DNA from: an uncultured Thermoplasmata archaeon
Lineage (GTDB): Archaea; Thermoplasmatota; Thermoplasmata; Lutacidiplasmatales; UBA184
Direction of reading: 5' to 3'
Length of the DNA stretch: 64,000 nt
Assembly (NCBI GenBank): GCA_963804505.1
Contig: CAWDQP010000010.1
Location: forward strand, 123,330-187,329
A program made the translations under genes and the position numbers. Of this stretch, positions 40,910 through 51,473 are shown one piece after another (the stretch's first letter is position 1; each line of letters opens with the position of its first letter). A model generated the notes under the pieces. That model had not been told where the DNA came from and made no database searches. It was given only the letters and a program-made list of their open reading frames with translations.

Positions 40910-41989
40910 TTACGCGCGCGACGGGACGGCGGGCGGTGGGGGGTTCACCGCGAGCTCCTCGGTCCGGGTCGGGGTCTCGACGGCGCGGTTGATCGCGATC
41001 TCCGCGAGATCGCTCGCGTAGAACGCCGCGCGCTCGAGGCTCTCGAGCACGTAGGCGAGCCCGACCGCGAGGCGTCCGCGCTTGAGCGTCAGCTCGTGGA
41101 GGATGTGGTCGCGCTGGCGCGTGAGGTCGTGCGCGGCGTCGATCACCGCGTTCGCTTTCGTGATGTCCCGCGAGTCCAGGCTGTCGAGGGCGTCCACGAG
41201 GCATCCGGCGGCCTGCGCGGCCATCCGCTCGAGCTCGCTCACGATCCGCTCGGGGAGCGCCTCCTTGCCGAGGATCGAGACCGCCCCGGCGATGCGGACC
41301 GCGTGGTCCGCGATCCGCTCGAGGATGCGGGAGGCGAGGAGGTACGTCGAGCATTCGGGGAGCGTGAGGTCGAGGGTCGCGAGGATCCGCGCGTCGCGCA
41401 GCGCGCTCGTCACCTGCTTTTCGAGGAACCAGTGGAGCCGGTCGACCTCCCAGTCGCGCTCTTCCACGTCCCGCGCGATCGCCAGATCGCGCGCGCGCAG
41501 GGCCGCCATCGCGTCGGTGTGCATGGCGCGGACCATCTGGTGCATCCGTCGAATGATCGACGGGATCGGCAGCGGGTTCGCGCCCACGACGTCCTGGAGG
41601 ATCACCGACTCCGCGGTCTCCTCGAGGATCTCGGGCCCGATCATGCGTTGGGCGAAGTTCCGGACGACCTCGCGGGTCCGTGCGCTCATCCGCCCGCGGG
41701 TCCGGATCTCGAGGAGCGGGTAGCCCGCGATGTACTCCGCGATCAACCGGCGGAAGAGGTGGTCCTTGTCCGCATCGTTCGAGACCTCGACGACGCGGCG
41801 CTCCGCTTCCGACGGGTCGATCGATTCGGCGAAGACGGTCAGGGAACCGTCGGCGCGGGGCGTGAAGAACAGCACGTCCCCCGCGCCCAGCCCCCGGGCG
41901 ATCACCCAGTTCTTCGGCAGGGAGATGATGAACGTCGAGCCCCCGGTCTTCTGGATCCGCCGACCGTGGAACCCGCCGCTGCTCCGCAT
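40910..41989 (-). CDS. archaeal PhoU-family phosphate-uptake regulator with an N-terminal AbrB/SpoVT-like domain
   Basis: N-terminal RRIQKTGGSTFIISLPKNWVIARGL (swapped-hairpin DNA-binding motif) plus two PhoU-like helical repeats. Confidence 0.65.
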   Translation of the reverse strand: MRSSGGFHGRRIQKTGGSTFIISLPKNWVIARGLGAGDVLFFTPRADGSLTVFAESIDPSEAERRVVEVSNDADKDHLFRRLIAEYIAGYPLLEIRTRGRMSARTREVVRNFAQRMIGPEILEETAESVILQDVVGANPLPIPSIIRRMHQMVRAMHTDAMAALRARDLAIARDVEERDWEVDRLHWFLEKQVTSALRDARILATLDLTLPECSTYLLASRILERIADHAVRIAGAVSILGKEALPERIVSELERMAAQAAGCLVDALDSLDSRDITKANAVIDAAHDLTRQRDHILHELTLKRGRLAVGLAYVLESLERAAFYASDLAEIAINRAVETPTRTEELAVNPPPPAVPSRA

Positions 41990-42125
41990 GGTACGTACGT
42001 GGGCGCAGCCTCCGGTCTCTATATAGCCTCGGTCGCGGCGGGACGCCGCGCGGCGTTCCGGCGCGTCAAGCCGGGTCACGCGGCAGGGTAAATACGCGCC
42101 GCGCGGGTCCCGGACTTCTCCTCGC

Positions 42126-43789
42126 ATGACCGACATTTCCCGTCGCCGATTTCGGATGCGTCGGACGACCCGGGAGGCGTCGGCCGGCGACACCCTGCTC
42201 CAGACCCTGGCGGCCCGCGGGTTCCCGAACGTCGTGCGCTCGGTGCGCTACCATCGTCCCCGCGGGCCGTTCTGCGGACTGGGCCACTGCACCGGATGCA
42301 TCGTCCGGGTGAACGGCCAACCGAACGTCCGGGCCTGTCGCCACGTGGTGGCGGACGGCGACCGGGTCGAGACCGAGAACGCGTGGCCCAGCCCCCGGTT
42401 GGACGTGCTGGGCGCGATCGACCTCGTCGTCCCCCGGGGGTTGGACACGCTGCACGGCTTTCGGCGCCCCGCGTGGGCCACGCGCATGTACCACCGCGTA
42501 ATCCGCCGGCTCGCCGGGTTCGGTTCCGCCCCGGATCCGGTGCCGGGCGCCCCGACCGCGGCCCCCCCGCGCCGCGAGGAGACGGACGTGGTCGTCGTGG
42601 GCGCGGGCACGTCGGGTCGGGCCGCCGCCGAGGCGCTCGTCCGCCGCGGCGCCCGCCCGGTGGTCGTCGATCGCGGGCTGCGGGTCGCTGAGATCCCCGG
42701 CGCGACGCTGCTGGCCCGGACGACCGTGACCTTCCTTCCCCCACCGCGCCCCGACGGCGCGCGTCCGTACACCCTCCTGGGGTTCGACGAGGACGGCCGC
42801 GGTGTGTCGATCCGGGCGCGGTCGGTCATCGTGGCGACGGGCGGGTACGAGCGTCGCTGTTGTTCGAAGGAAACGACCGCCCGGGGGTGATCGCGGCCGA
42901 CCTCGTCACCCGACTCGGACCCTCGGGAGGACGCTTACCCCTCTCCCGCGCGGTCGTCGTCGGCGGCGGCACTCGGGCCCGCGAGACCCTGGACGCTTTG
43001 GGGAAGTCCGCCATCGCGGTCGTGGCTCCCGGCGAGATCGCGCCCGACGTCGTGCGCCGAGCCTCGGAGCTCTCCGTTCCTCTCTATCCCCGCTCGCTCG
43101 TCGTGCGCGCGACGGGCCGTTCCCGGGTCCGGTCGCTCCATCTCCGGACCCGGGGCGGCGGACCGCGCTTCTCGCTCGGATGCGATGCGGTCGTCCTCGC
43201 CCACCGTCGTCTTCCGAACGCGCAACTGCTGTTCCAGGTCGGCGCCGGCATGGCGTGGCGCCCGGCGCCGGGCGCGTACTTCCCGGACGTCAGCGGCTCG
43301 GGTGCAACGACGGTACCCGGTCTCTTCGCGGCCGGCACCGTGGGGGGGTACCCCGAGGACGATCGCGGCCCGAGCGGCGAGCGGGCCGGGTTGGCGGCCC
43401 TCGAAGGGAGCGCGGCGCCGCCCGCCCCGGGGGCGTCCGTTCCCGCGGCCCCCTCCGAACTCGAGGGGTACTGCCGCGAGCTCCTGAAGGAACCACGGAA
43501 GGGAAAGTGGATCGTCTGCCCCTGCGAGGACGTCCTGCTCGAGGAGCTCGAGCGCGCCACGGAGGCCGGTTTCCGCGGGGTCGAGGTGGTGAAGCGCTAC
43601 ACGGGCGTCGGCACCGGACTCTGCCAGGGACGCTACTGCCTTCCCGACGCGCTCCTCCTGCTCGCCACGCTGGAAGGCCGGCGGCCGCCCGAGGTCGGAT
43701 ACATCACCCAGCGTCCTCCGCTCGTGCCCACGCCGCTCTCCGCGCTCGCGGGGCTGGGCGACGAGTTCGCTCAGGAGGCGGTCGCATGA
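42126..43789 (+). CDS. sarcosine-oxidase / L-proline-dehydrogenase alpha-subunit-like oxidoreductase (2Fe-2S + FAD/NAD + BFD-like), frameshifted near 42880
   Basis: N-terminal 2Fe-2S domain (GPFCGLGHCTGCIVRVNGQPNVRACRHVV). Dinucleotide-binding motif VVVVGAGTSGRAAAEAL. C-terminal BFD-like segment IVCPCEDVLLEELERATEAGFRGVEVVKRYTGVGTGLCQGRYC. Confidence 0.65.
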
Positions 43790-44981
43790 CCGCGCTCGAA
43801 CGCGACGCGTACCGCACGGTCGTGGTCGGCGCGGGGATCGTCGGCCTGCTCACCGCGTACCGCCTTGCGCGCGCCGGGGGCGGGCCGACCCTCGTGCTCG
43901 ACCGCGGGTTCCTTTCCGAGCGGAGGCTCCGGGCGGAACGGCGGCGGCGTGCGCCAGCAGTGGGAGACGCGTTCGACCATCCGGCTCGCGCGCGAAGCGG
44001 TCGCGGACTGGCGGCGGTTCGGCGTCGAGTTCGGCTACAACATCTGGTTCCGGCAGGGCGGGTACCTGTTCCTGGCGGAGAACGCGGCCGAGCTCACGCG
44101 CCTCGGCCGGGTCCACGAGGTCGTCCGGTCGGAGGGATTGCCCTCCCGGATGCTTTCCGCGGACGAGGTCGCGCGGCGGGTCGACGGGATCGCCCCGGGG
44201 GCGGCGGTCGGCGGAGCGTACCTCGGGACCGACGGCACGCTCTACCCGTTCCCCGCGGTCTGGGGCGTCTACGACGCGGTGCGCGCGCTGGGCGTCGAGG
44301 TGGCGCTGGGCGTGGAGGCGCTCGGCGTGGTGGCGCGCGACGGCCGGGCGGACGGCGTCGTCACCTCCGCGGGGACCGTGAGGACCTCCACCGTCGTGAA
44401 CGCCGCGGGCGGCTGGTCCGGCGAGTTCTCCCGAACGCGCCGGCCTGGAGGTCCCGAACGTCGCCTCCCGGCACGAGATCCTCGCCACCGAGCCGATGAA
44501 GCCGTTCCTCGATCCGATGGTCGTGCGCGCCTCGGACGGCCTCTACTTCAGCCAGACGATGCGGGGCGAGCTCGTGGGCGGCCTCACCGTCCCCCACGCG
44601 CCGGGCACGGCGCGCGGGGTCCCCAGCTCGCCGCGGTTCCTGACGGGGATGGCGCGGGCGCTGGTCGGCCTCATCCCGCGGCTCGCCGGGCTCGGGGTCC
44701 TGAGGGCGTGGACCGGATACTACGACGACACCCCCGACGGGCTCCCGGTGATCGGGGAGGACCCGCGGCTCCGCGGGTTCGTCCACGCGAACGGGTTCGG
44801 GGGCCACGGGTTCATGCTCGCTCCCGCGGCGTCCCGACGGGTCGCCGCCGCCGCGCTCGGCACGCCGTCCGACCTGGACCCGAAGGAGTTCTCGCCCGCG
44901 CGATTTCTGGCCGGGGCACGGCGCCGGCCGCCGAGCGGTTGCAACTCGGCTGAACCGCGGCGCCCTCCGCCACCGTATTGA
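43786..44981 (+). CDS. FAD-dependent oxidoreductase beta subunit (DadA/sarcosine-oxidase-beta-like), two frameshifts (about 43925 and 44430)
   Basis: Motifs VVVGAGIVGLLTAYRLA, …GGVRQQW…, and a C-terminal GFGGHGFMLAPA. The gene begins with ATGA overlapping the alpha-subunit stop. Confidence 0.65.
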
Positions 44982-45098
44982 CCCCGGACCTCGGTCCGGC
45001 CGGCGTGAGCGGGCGGCTCCCGTGGGATCCGTTCCCCGGCGAAAGAGCCGGACCCGAGAGGGCCGGACGCCATCCACGCGATCTGCTATCGGGCCGCG

Positions 45099-46365
45099 GT
45101 GGCGGGCGCCGACACGTACCGGTTCCTCCGGATCGCCCTGCGCAAGGAAGGCGGGATCCTTCGCGTCGGGAACCGGTTCGTTCCGGACGGTCGGTACCGC
45201 GAGGTCGCTTTCCTCGCGGTCGGCCACGCCGCCAACTCGATGGCGCTCGCGGCGCTGGATGCGTTCGGCGATCGGCTCACGCAGGGGTTCATCGCGAGCC
45301 CGGAGCCGGCGCCTCCGATCCTGCCGTTCCAGAACCTGGAGCTCGCGCCGGGCTGGGGAGGGGCCGACGGCGCGACCACGGTCACCGACGCGGCGCGCGA
45401 GATCGCGGCCGGCCTCACCGACGTCGGACCTCTTTCTCGTGCTCCTTTCGCCCGGGGCTCTCCGCGGTCTTGCGCTGCCCCCGCCGGGCATGACGCGGGA
45501 GGAGTTCGCCCGTTTCCTCGAAGTGGCGCACACGGGCGGGGCGAGTGGCCCCGAGGTGATGCTCCTCGCCCGGGTGCTCGGCACCGGCGGCGTCGGCGGT
45601 CGACTGCTCCCGCCGACCACCGCCGCGGACGTCGGCGTGATGCTCGTCGACCGGGGGGACGGCCCGACCCTGCTGGGGGGAGGGCCGTTCGTCCCGGTCG
45701 CTCCCGCCGAACGAACGGAGGCCCGGGCGGTGATCGACCGGTTGGGCCTCGGCCCGCAACTGCCGGCCACCGCCGCCGGATCGCTTCGACCGGACGCGAC
45801 GAACCACGGTTCGCTGCCCGCGACCCTGCGCCGGCCGGTGCTCGTCGCCAGCCCGGCCGACGGTCTCCGCGGCGCCACGGACGCGGCGTTCGACCGAGGG
45901 TGGACGGCGCGGCTCGGGTCGCTCGCGATGCGCGAGCCGCCCGAGGCGGCGGCGGATATGCTCCTCGAGCGCTCCGAGACGTTCGTCCGCGAGGCGCGCT
46001 CCGGATCGTCGGGCGGGACGAAGGGGTACACGACGTTCGCGATGGCGACGTTGGACCTTCCCGAGGGGGTGGACGACACCGCGTTCTGCTGGGCGTTCCT
46101 CCAGAGGGCGCGCTCGCGCCGCACCCGACGGGAGATGAGCGTCGGGTTGTTCCGGACCTCCGGCTCGGTAAGGATCCCGGCCGACCCCAAAGCGCCGGTC
46201 GAGCCCGGAGGATGGGTCGTGGGCGCCTCGTCCGACCTCGAGGCGACCCCCGTTCCGTCCGAGACCCCGCGGCCCCTTGCGATGCGACCCGGCTTCACGG
46301 ACGTGGGCCTCCTCGCGATGACCGTCTGGCGCCCCGCCGCGGGCGCGGAGAAGGCCGGCCCTTAG
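45099..46365 (+). CDS. glycerate kinase (MOFRL family), frameshifted near 45440
   Basis: N-terminal VAFLAVGHAANSMALAALDAFGDRL in one frame. The remainder, DLFLVLLSPGA…HTGGASGPEVMLLARVLGTGGVGGRL and the C-terminal MOFRL domain, is in another frame. Confidence 0.55.
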
Positions 46366-47052
46366 CGGGACGCCGCGGCGCTTCCGGAGTGCGGCTCGCG
46401 CTCGGACTCTTCGAAGTGCCGCTTGAGCGCCATGTACCTCGGCGAACGAGATCTGACGCCGGGCCCGGACCGCGCCGGCCTGACGGAGGTTCGTGATCTG
46501 GTACGTTCGCAGGAGCTCCGGGATCGGACGGGAGGGCGGCAGCGAACGGTCGACCGTCGCGGGGGCCGCGGCGATCGGAACGGCGGCGAGAAGACGCTCC
46601 GCGACCGGCTCGGGAGGCGGAGCCCGTGGCGCGGGCGAACCGTGGGCGGGGCGGCTCTCCAAGTAGGACATGAGGCGCGCGTGCTCGCCGGGCGTAAGCT
46701 CGCCGTCCTCGCGGAGGGCGTCGACCAGCTCCTTCTGCCGCGGGCGGTACGTCTCGATCAGCTCGGTCAGCTCGCGGTCGGTCCGGTCGAGCGGGGCGGC
46801 GGCGAGCAGGGGGCCGACGAGGCCGTCCATGTCGGCCGACAGTTGATCGAGAGCCGTCTTGAGCTCGGCCGGTGTCGGACCTTCACCGCCCGGTCCGGTA
46901 TCGAACCGGGCCGCGAGGCGTGCCACGCTGCCGGGGGGCGCCCCTGGGCCGACCGGACGCTCGACGGACAGCTCGACCTCCCGCCGACGCACGGTCACGT
47001 GGTCGGACGGGCGCGCACGGAGAAAACGTACTCCCGGGAACGGGAGGTCCAC
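46366..47052 (-). CDS. hypothetical protein (possible frameshift near the C-terminus)
   Basis: 228-aa ORF starting MDLPFPGVRFLRARPSD… with a non-repetitive sequence. The stop is convergent with the glycerate kinase gene. Confidence 0.4.
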
Positions 47053-47084
47053 CGGGGCCTGAACCGGGGGCCGATAACTAAACT

Positions 47085-47112
47085 CTACTTACTATAGGGG
47101 CGTAACTATAAA
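47085..47112 (+). promoter_or_regulatory. TATA-box-like AT-rich element upstream of the HxlR gene
   Basis: Sequence aaactctacttactatagggggcgtaactataaatcc lies about 40–60 nt upstream of the ATG at 47148. Confidence 0.35.
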
Positions 47113-47147
47113 TCCGTCGGCGGTGTCCGTGGCTCGGAGTACCCACG

Positions 47148-47633
47148 ATGCAGGGCGAACGGGGTCGCCGACCGACGGGAGCGGCGGGGGCAGGGTCCGA
47201 TACGTGCGACGCCGAGGACGGGACCTCCATCTGCCCCGTGCTTGCGGCGGTCAGCGTCATCGGGACCGAGTGGCGGCTCGCGATCGTCCACCGGCTACTC
47301 GAGGGACCGCAACGGTTCAGCGAGATCCTGAAGTCGAACACCCGCCTCAACGCAAAGACGCTCAGCGCCACCCTCAAGTTCCTGGAGGGCCAGGGCGTCG
47401 TCCAGCGGACCGTGGTCAGCACCCGTCCGTTCTCGGTCGTGTACTCGCTCACCGACATGGGACTCGGCCTCGCGCCCGCCGCGCGGGAACTGCGCCAGTG
47501 GGGCGAGCGATGGCTCCTGCCCCGACGCCAGGCGGCCGCCCGCGCCGGCGCCTCGGCGCGTCGGCCCCCCGTCATCCAGGGCGAGCTGCCCCGGATCGTC
47601 CTCGGCGAGGCCGAGGGCCGGGCGAAGCACTGA
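47148..47633 (+). CDS. HxlR family transcriptional regulator
   Basis: Motif CPVLAAVSVIGTEWRLAIVHRLLEGPQRFSEILKSNTRLNAKTLSATLKFLEGQGVVQRTV…YSLTDMG. Confidence 0.8.
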   Translation: MQGERGRRPTGAAGAGSDTCDAEDGTSICPVLAAVSVIGTEWRLAIVHRLLEGPQRFSEILKSNTRLNAKTLSATLKFLEGQGVVQRTVVSTRPFSVVYSLTDMGLGLAPAARELRQWGERWLLPRRQAAARAGASARRPPVIQGELPRIVLGEAEGRAKH

Positions 47634-48363
47634 GACCGGCATCGGAACGGGCCCTCGGGAGCACCGTTCCACGCCCTCTCCGGCCGGCGTTCAAGTAGGG
47701 CCTCGCCCGTTGTTCTCCTGCAACCAACCCAGGGAAGGATACCCAACATCGCCCAAAGGGGACGCGGCACCGCGTCTCGGGCGTGCGGGATCCTTCCTAC
47801 CAGGTTCCATCGTTCTGCGACCTCGTGAGCGAGGTAATCGGTCGGGTCCCTCGGCGCCATCGAACTCGATGACCGACCTGCCGTCGCCCGTATCGTCCGC
47901 GCGTTCGATCCGGCGTTCCGCCCGTTCGAGCCCTCCGACGTACCCCGACGCGCAGCGCCCCGACCGCCCGGCCTACGCCGGCCTCGTGCGCACTCGTGCC
48001 GAGGTCTCTCGGCCGGCCCGTCGAGGACCCCCCCGCGCCCCGTAGATCCCGGCGCCGCCCCGAGGTGGAGACCCCGCGAGGCCGCCGACCCCGAGCGCGA
48101 GCCCGGCCGGATCGTGGCGCAGACCCCGTACGGCCCCTCGGCTCCCGCGGCTTTCCGGTCGCGGGCTCGGGTCCCCCGAGGGCGATCCCGGTGGGTCGGA
48201 TTCGAGCCCGCCTCATCCCCCCCTCGACGGGCGACCCGCGAGCGGTGGTCGGTGAGCGACAGAATCATGCGGACCACAACCGAACCAGCACGACGCTGCC
48301 AACCCGTTCACCGCCAACCGATTCGAACCGCCCCGGATCGCGCGAGCCGCCGGCCCCCGGAGG

Positions 48364-50448
48364 GTGCATGACGCGCGACGAGGCACTCTCCGCCGCGTGC
48401 CCCGGGCCGTTCCCGCTACGACGCCGGTTCTACCGGGCTCTCGCCGAAGGGCTGCTCGCGGCGGAGCGCGGCGGACTCGTCCTCTTCGAGTCGACCTATG
48501 CCGCGCCGATCCCCCGCGTCACGGCCCGTCCGGCCTCGCTGCTCGCCCCGATGCTCGCGACGTCGACCTTCGCCGCGACGCCGGTCGAGCCCGGTCCGGT
48601 CGGCGATTCGGACTGCCCGCTCGCCGGCGCGACGGACGTCTACGCGACCCTGATTCCCGAGCGAACGCCGTCGATGGGCGCGCTCTCGGACGGGACGCTC
48701 GCCCCCCGGACCCGGACCCCTGCTCGGCGAGGACGGCTGGGTCGGCTACCAGACGTTCTGGTCGGCCGGGGAGAACGGTCGGGTCTGGGCGACGCGACGG
48801 TTCCGTTTCGCTGGCCGTTCGCGGAGGTCGGTGGCCTCGCGATTCCCCGCGGTGGCGGTGACCGTCGCGCAGGAATGGAGCCGCGCCACCGGCCGACCCG
48901 TGGTCGCGCGCCCTCAACGGCTGGGCGCTGCGAGCGATTGGCATCGTGCCAGCGACGCGCTCGATCCCCCGTGAGGCGTGGGTGGCCCTATCGGCGATCG
49001 AAGCGGAAAGAGCCGCGGAGCCGGCTCCGTTCGCGCCGACGCAGCGGGAGGCGTGTCGGTCCGGCCACGGGGTCGTGCTCGGTGCCTCGGGGGCCGGCGA
49101 AGACCTGGTTCCTGGCGGAGCGTGCGGCCCGAGCGATCGCGCGGCGGGAGTCGGTCGTCGCCATCGACCTCCACGGCGACCTCGCGCCGGCAATCGTCGA
49201 GCGCCTTCCCCCGGACCTTCGGGAGCGGCTCGTGGCGATCGACGCCACGGACCGCCCGGTTCCCGGCGTTGCGGCGCTCGCCGGGTCGGACGACCGCGCG
49301 GCCGCCCACCTCGTCGCGGCCATCAAGCGCCTGACGCCGGACGGCACCGACATGTACTGGGGGTTCCGCCTCGAGCGGATCTTCGACACGTTCGTCCGGC
49401 TCGTCCAGGAGTCGGGTGGGTCGCTGCTCGACCTGTACGCCCTCCTCGCCGACGCGGACCGGCGCGACGCTGCCCGGCTCGCGTCGCGGCGCGTGGACCT
49501 CGTGCGGTTCCTAGAAGAGCTCGCCCCGATCGTACGTCGCAACCCCGACTTCCTCTGGCCCGCGGCGGCGCGCCTGTCGAAGATGGTTCTCGTCCCGGCG
49601 CTCGCGGAACTCCTCTGCCCACCGGACGGGGGGCTGCCGGTCGAGGCGCTCCTCGAAGGCGGACGGTCGATCCTCGGTACGTCTGCCGTTCGCGGCGCTG
49701 GGGCCGGAGGCGACGTCGTTCGCCGGCACGCTCGTTCTCGCGCGGGTGTACCTCGGGCTCGCCTCCCGTCGAGGGCAACACGGGGCGGACCGACCGGTCC
49801 TCGCCGTCCTTGACGAAGTGCAGGGGCTTTCCCCGCGCCTCGTGGGAGAGATGCTGGCCGAGGGGCGGAAGTTCGGGCTCCGCCTGCTCCTCGCGACCCA
49901 GTACCCGGAGCGGCTGGCCCCCGAGCTCCGCCATGCGGCCGCCGGCAGTCGCCGGGGAAGTGGTGGCGTTCCGCGTGCCCCACCCGAACGTTGCGACGGT
50001 CGGGGGGTGGATCGGGCTCTCGCCCGCGGAGTCGGTCCGGCTCTTGCCGGATCTTCCGACCGGCCACGGGCTCGCTCGGGACCCGGAGACCGGCGCGATC
50101 CGGCCGATCGCCCCGAACGGTCCGCCTTCCGAGACGCCTCCGCAGGCATGGTCCGACGCGGTGGCTGCCTCGCGGCAGGAGTTTCGACCCGAAACCGCCG
50201 TGGGCGGAGGCGAGGAGGTCGACGACCCCGCCACGGAGAAGCTCCTGCTCGCGGTCCTCGCGGGCGAGGAGTCGGCCCGGCCGTTGGGGTTGGGAGAGAT
50301 CCCCACCGCCGCCCAGCGTCTGCCCGGCGTCGCGCTCGACGCGGCCCTGCTCGAAGACCGGGCCCGGTCGCTCGCGCGCCGCGGCTACGTCGACCTCGCC
50401 GACGGCCGGGCCCGCCTTTCCCCGCCGGCGAGCGACGGCTGGGGTTGA
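48364..50448 (+). CDS. HerA/FtsK-superfamily (DUF87-like) P-loop ATPase, at least 4 frameshifts
   Basis: Walker A GHGVVLGASGAGKTWFL. HerA-like IDLHGDLAP. Walker B PVLAVLDEVQGL. GRKFGLRLLLATQYPERL. The pieces lie in three frames (48364-, 48946-, 49746- ORFs) and reassemble into one protein of about 690 aa. Confidence 0.6.
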
Positions 50449-50936
50449 GCGCGGCGACGGGAGCGACCAAGGAGACCGCGGAGCATCGGGCGCTCCTCGT
50501 CCGCGCGTTCCGCACGTTCGCCCGGCGGGGGTATCTCATCGAGATCCTCCGCCAGGGCCGATTCGACACCACGCTTCCGGACGGCCTCTTCCGGCAGTTG
50601 CCCGAGCGGGCTCGCGGAAGCCCTGCGATCGAGCTGGCACGGGCGGTCGACGCGGTGCGGGACGGCTGGGCCTGGCGGTTCTTCGGTGGACGCGACGTCC
50701 ACCTGGAGGCCGAGGTATCGGGAGCGTTGCGACCGGCGCGCATCCGGCACGGCTACCGCAAGGCGCGCGCGCGGGGGGCGTTCGCGTTGTTCCTCGTCTC
50801 GGACGCTCGGCGCGCCGAGCGCGTACGACGCACCCTGCGCGCGGACGGCGTCGGGCGGTGGGAAGCTCAAGTGTGGACCCTTCCGGTCGGCCCGAGCCCA
50901 AACGTCGCCAGGCGCCGCGCCGAGGACAGGCTATGA
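50448..50936 (+). CDS. hypothetical protein immediately downstream of the HerA-like ATPase
   Basis: ORF of about 160 aa (TTG start; …RALLVRAFRTFARRGYLIEILRQGRFDTTLPDGL…GAFALFLVSDARRAERV…) sharing its start codon region with the ATPase stop. Confidence 0.4.
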   Translation, partial: SAATGATKETAEHRALLVRAFRTFARRGYLIEILRQGRFDTTLPDGLFRQLPERARGSPAIELARAVDAVRDGWAWRFFGGRDVHLEAEVSGALRPARIRHGYRKARARGAFALFLVSDARRAERVRRTLRADGVGRWEAQVWTLPVGPSPNVARRRAEDRL

Positions 50937-50960
50937 ACGTCGGGGCCCCTCGCGCGCGCC

Positions 50961-51458
50961 GTGCGCGCGTTCGTCGCGGTCGAGGTGGGACGTCCCGACC
51001 GGTCCGCCCCGGAGCATCTGACGGTCGAGTTCCTGGGCGACGTGCCGGACGGTTCGATCCCCCGTCTCGTCGAGTGCCTTCGGCCGGTCGGCAACGCCAC
51101 CGCCCCGTTCGAGATCCGACTGGAGGGGATCGGCGCCTTCCCGAAGGCGACCGACCCGCGCGTCGTCTGGGTCGGGGTCACCGTGGGGCGCACCGAACTG
51201 ACCGAGCTTGCCCGAAGGGTCCGTGCCGCTCTCGAGGGGGTGGTCCCGACCCCGCGCGAGGCGTTCGTGCCCCACCTCACGCTGTTCCGGGTCCGCACTC
51301 CCGCGGACCGGCAACGGGCGCTCGACCTTCTCGAGGGACGGATCGATCCCCCTCCCGCTCGGTCGAGCCGGGTGACCGAGTTCGCGCTGAAAGAGAGCGT
51401 GCTGGGGCCGCGCGGCGCGCACCACCGGGTGGTCGAGGCGTTCCCGTTGTCGGGCTAG
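50961..51458 (+). CDS. thpR: RNA 2',3'-cyclic phosphodiesterase (2H-phosphoesterase LigT/ThpR family)
   Basis: Two H-x-T/S-x motifs (HLTVEFLGDV and HLTLFRV). About 165 aa, the typical size. Confidence 0.75.
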   Translation: MRAFVAVEVGRPDRSAPEHLTVEFLGDVPDGSIPRLVECLRPVGNATAPFEIRLEGIGAFPKATDPRVVWVGVTVGRTELTELARRVRAALEGVVPTPREAFVPHLTLFRVRTPADRQRALDLLEGRIDPPPARSSRVTEFALKESVLGPRGAHHRVVEAFPLSG

Positions 51459-51473
51459 GACCGTGGCCCCGGG

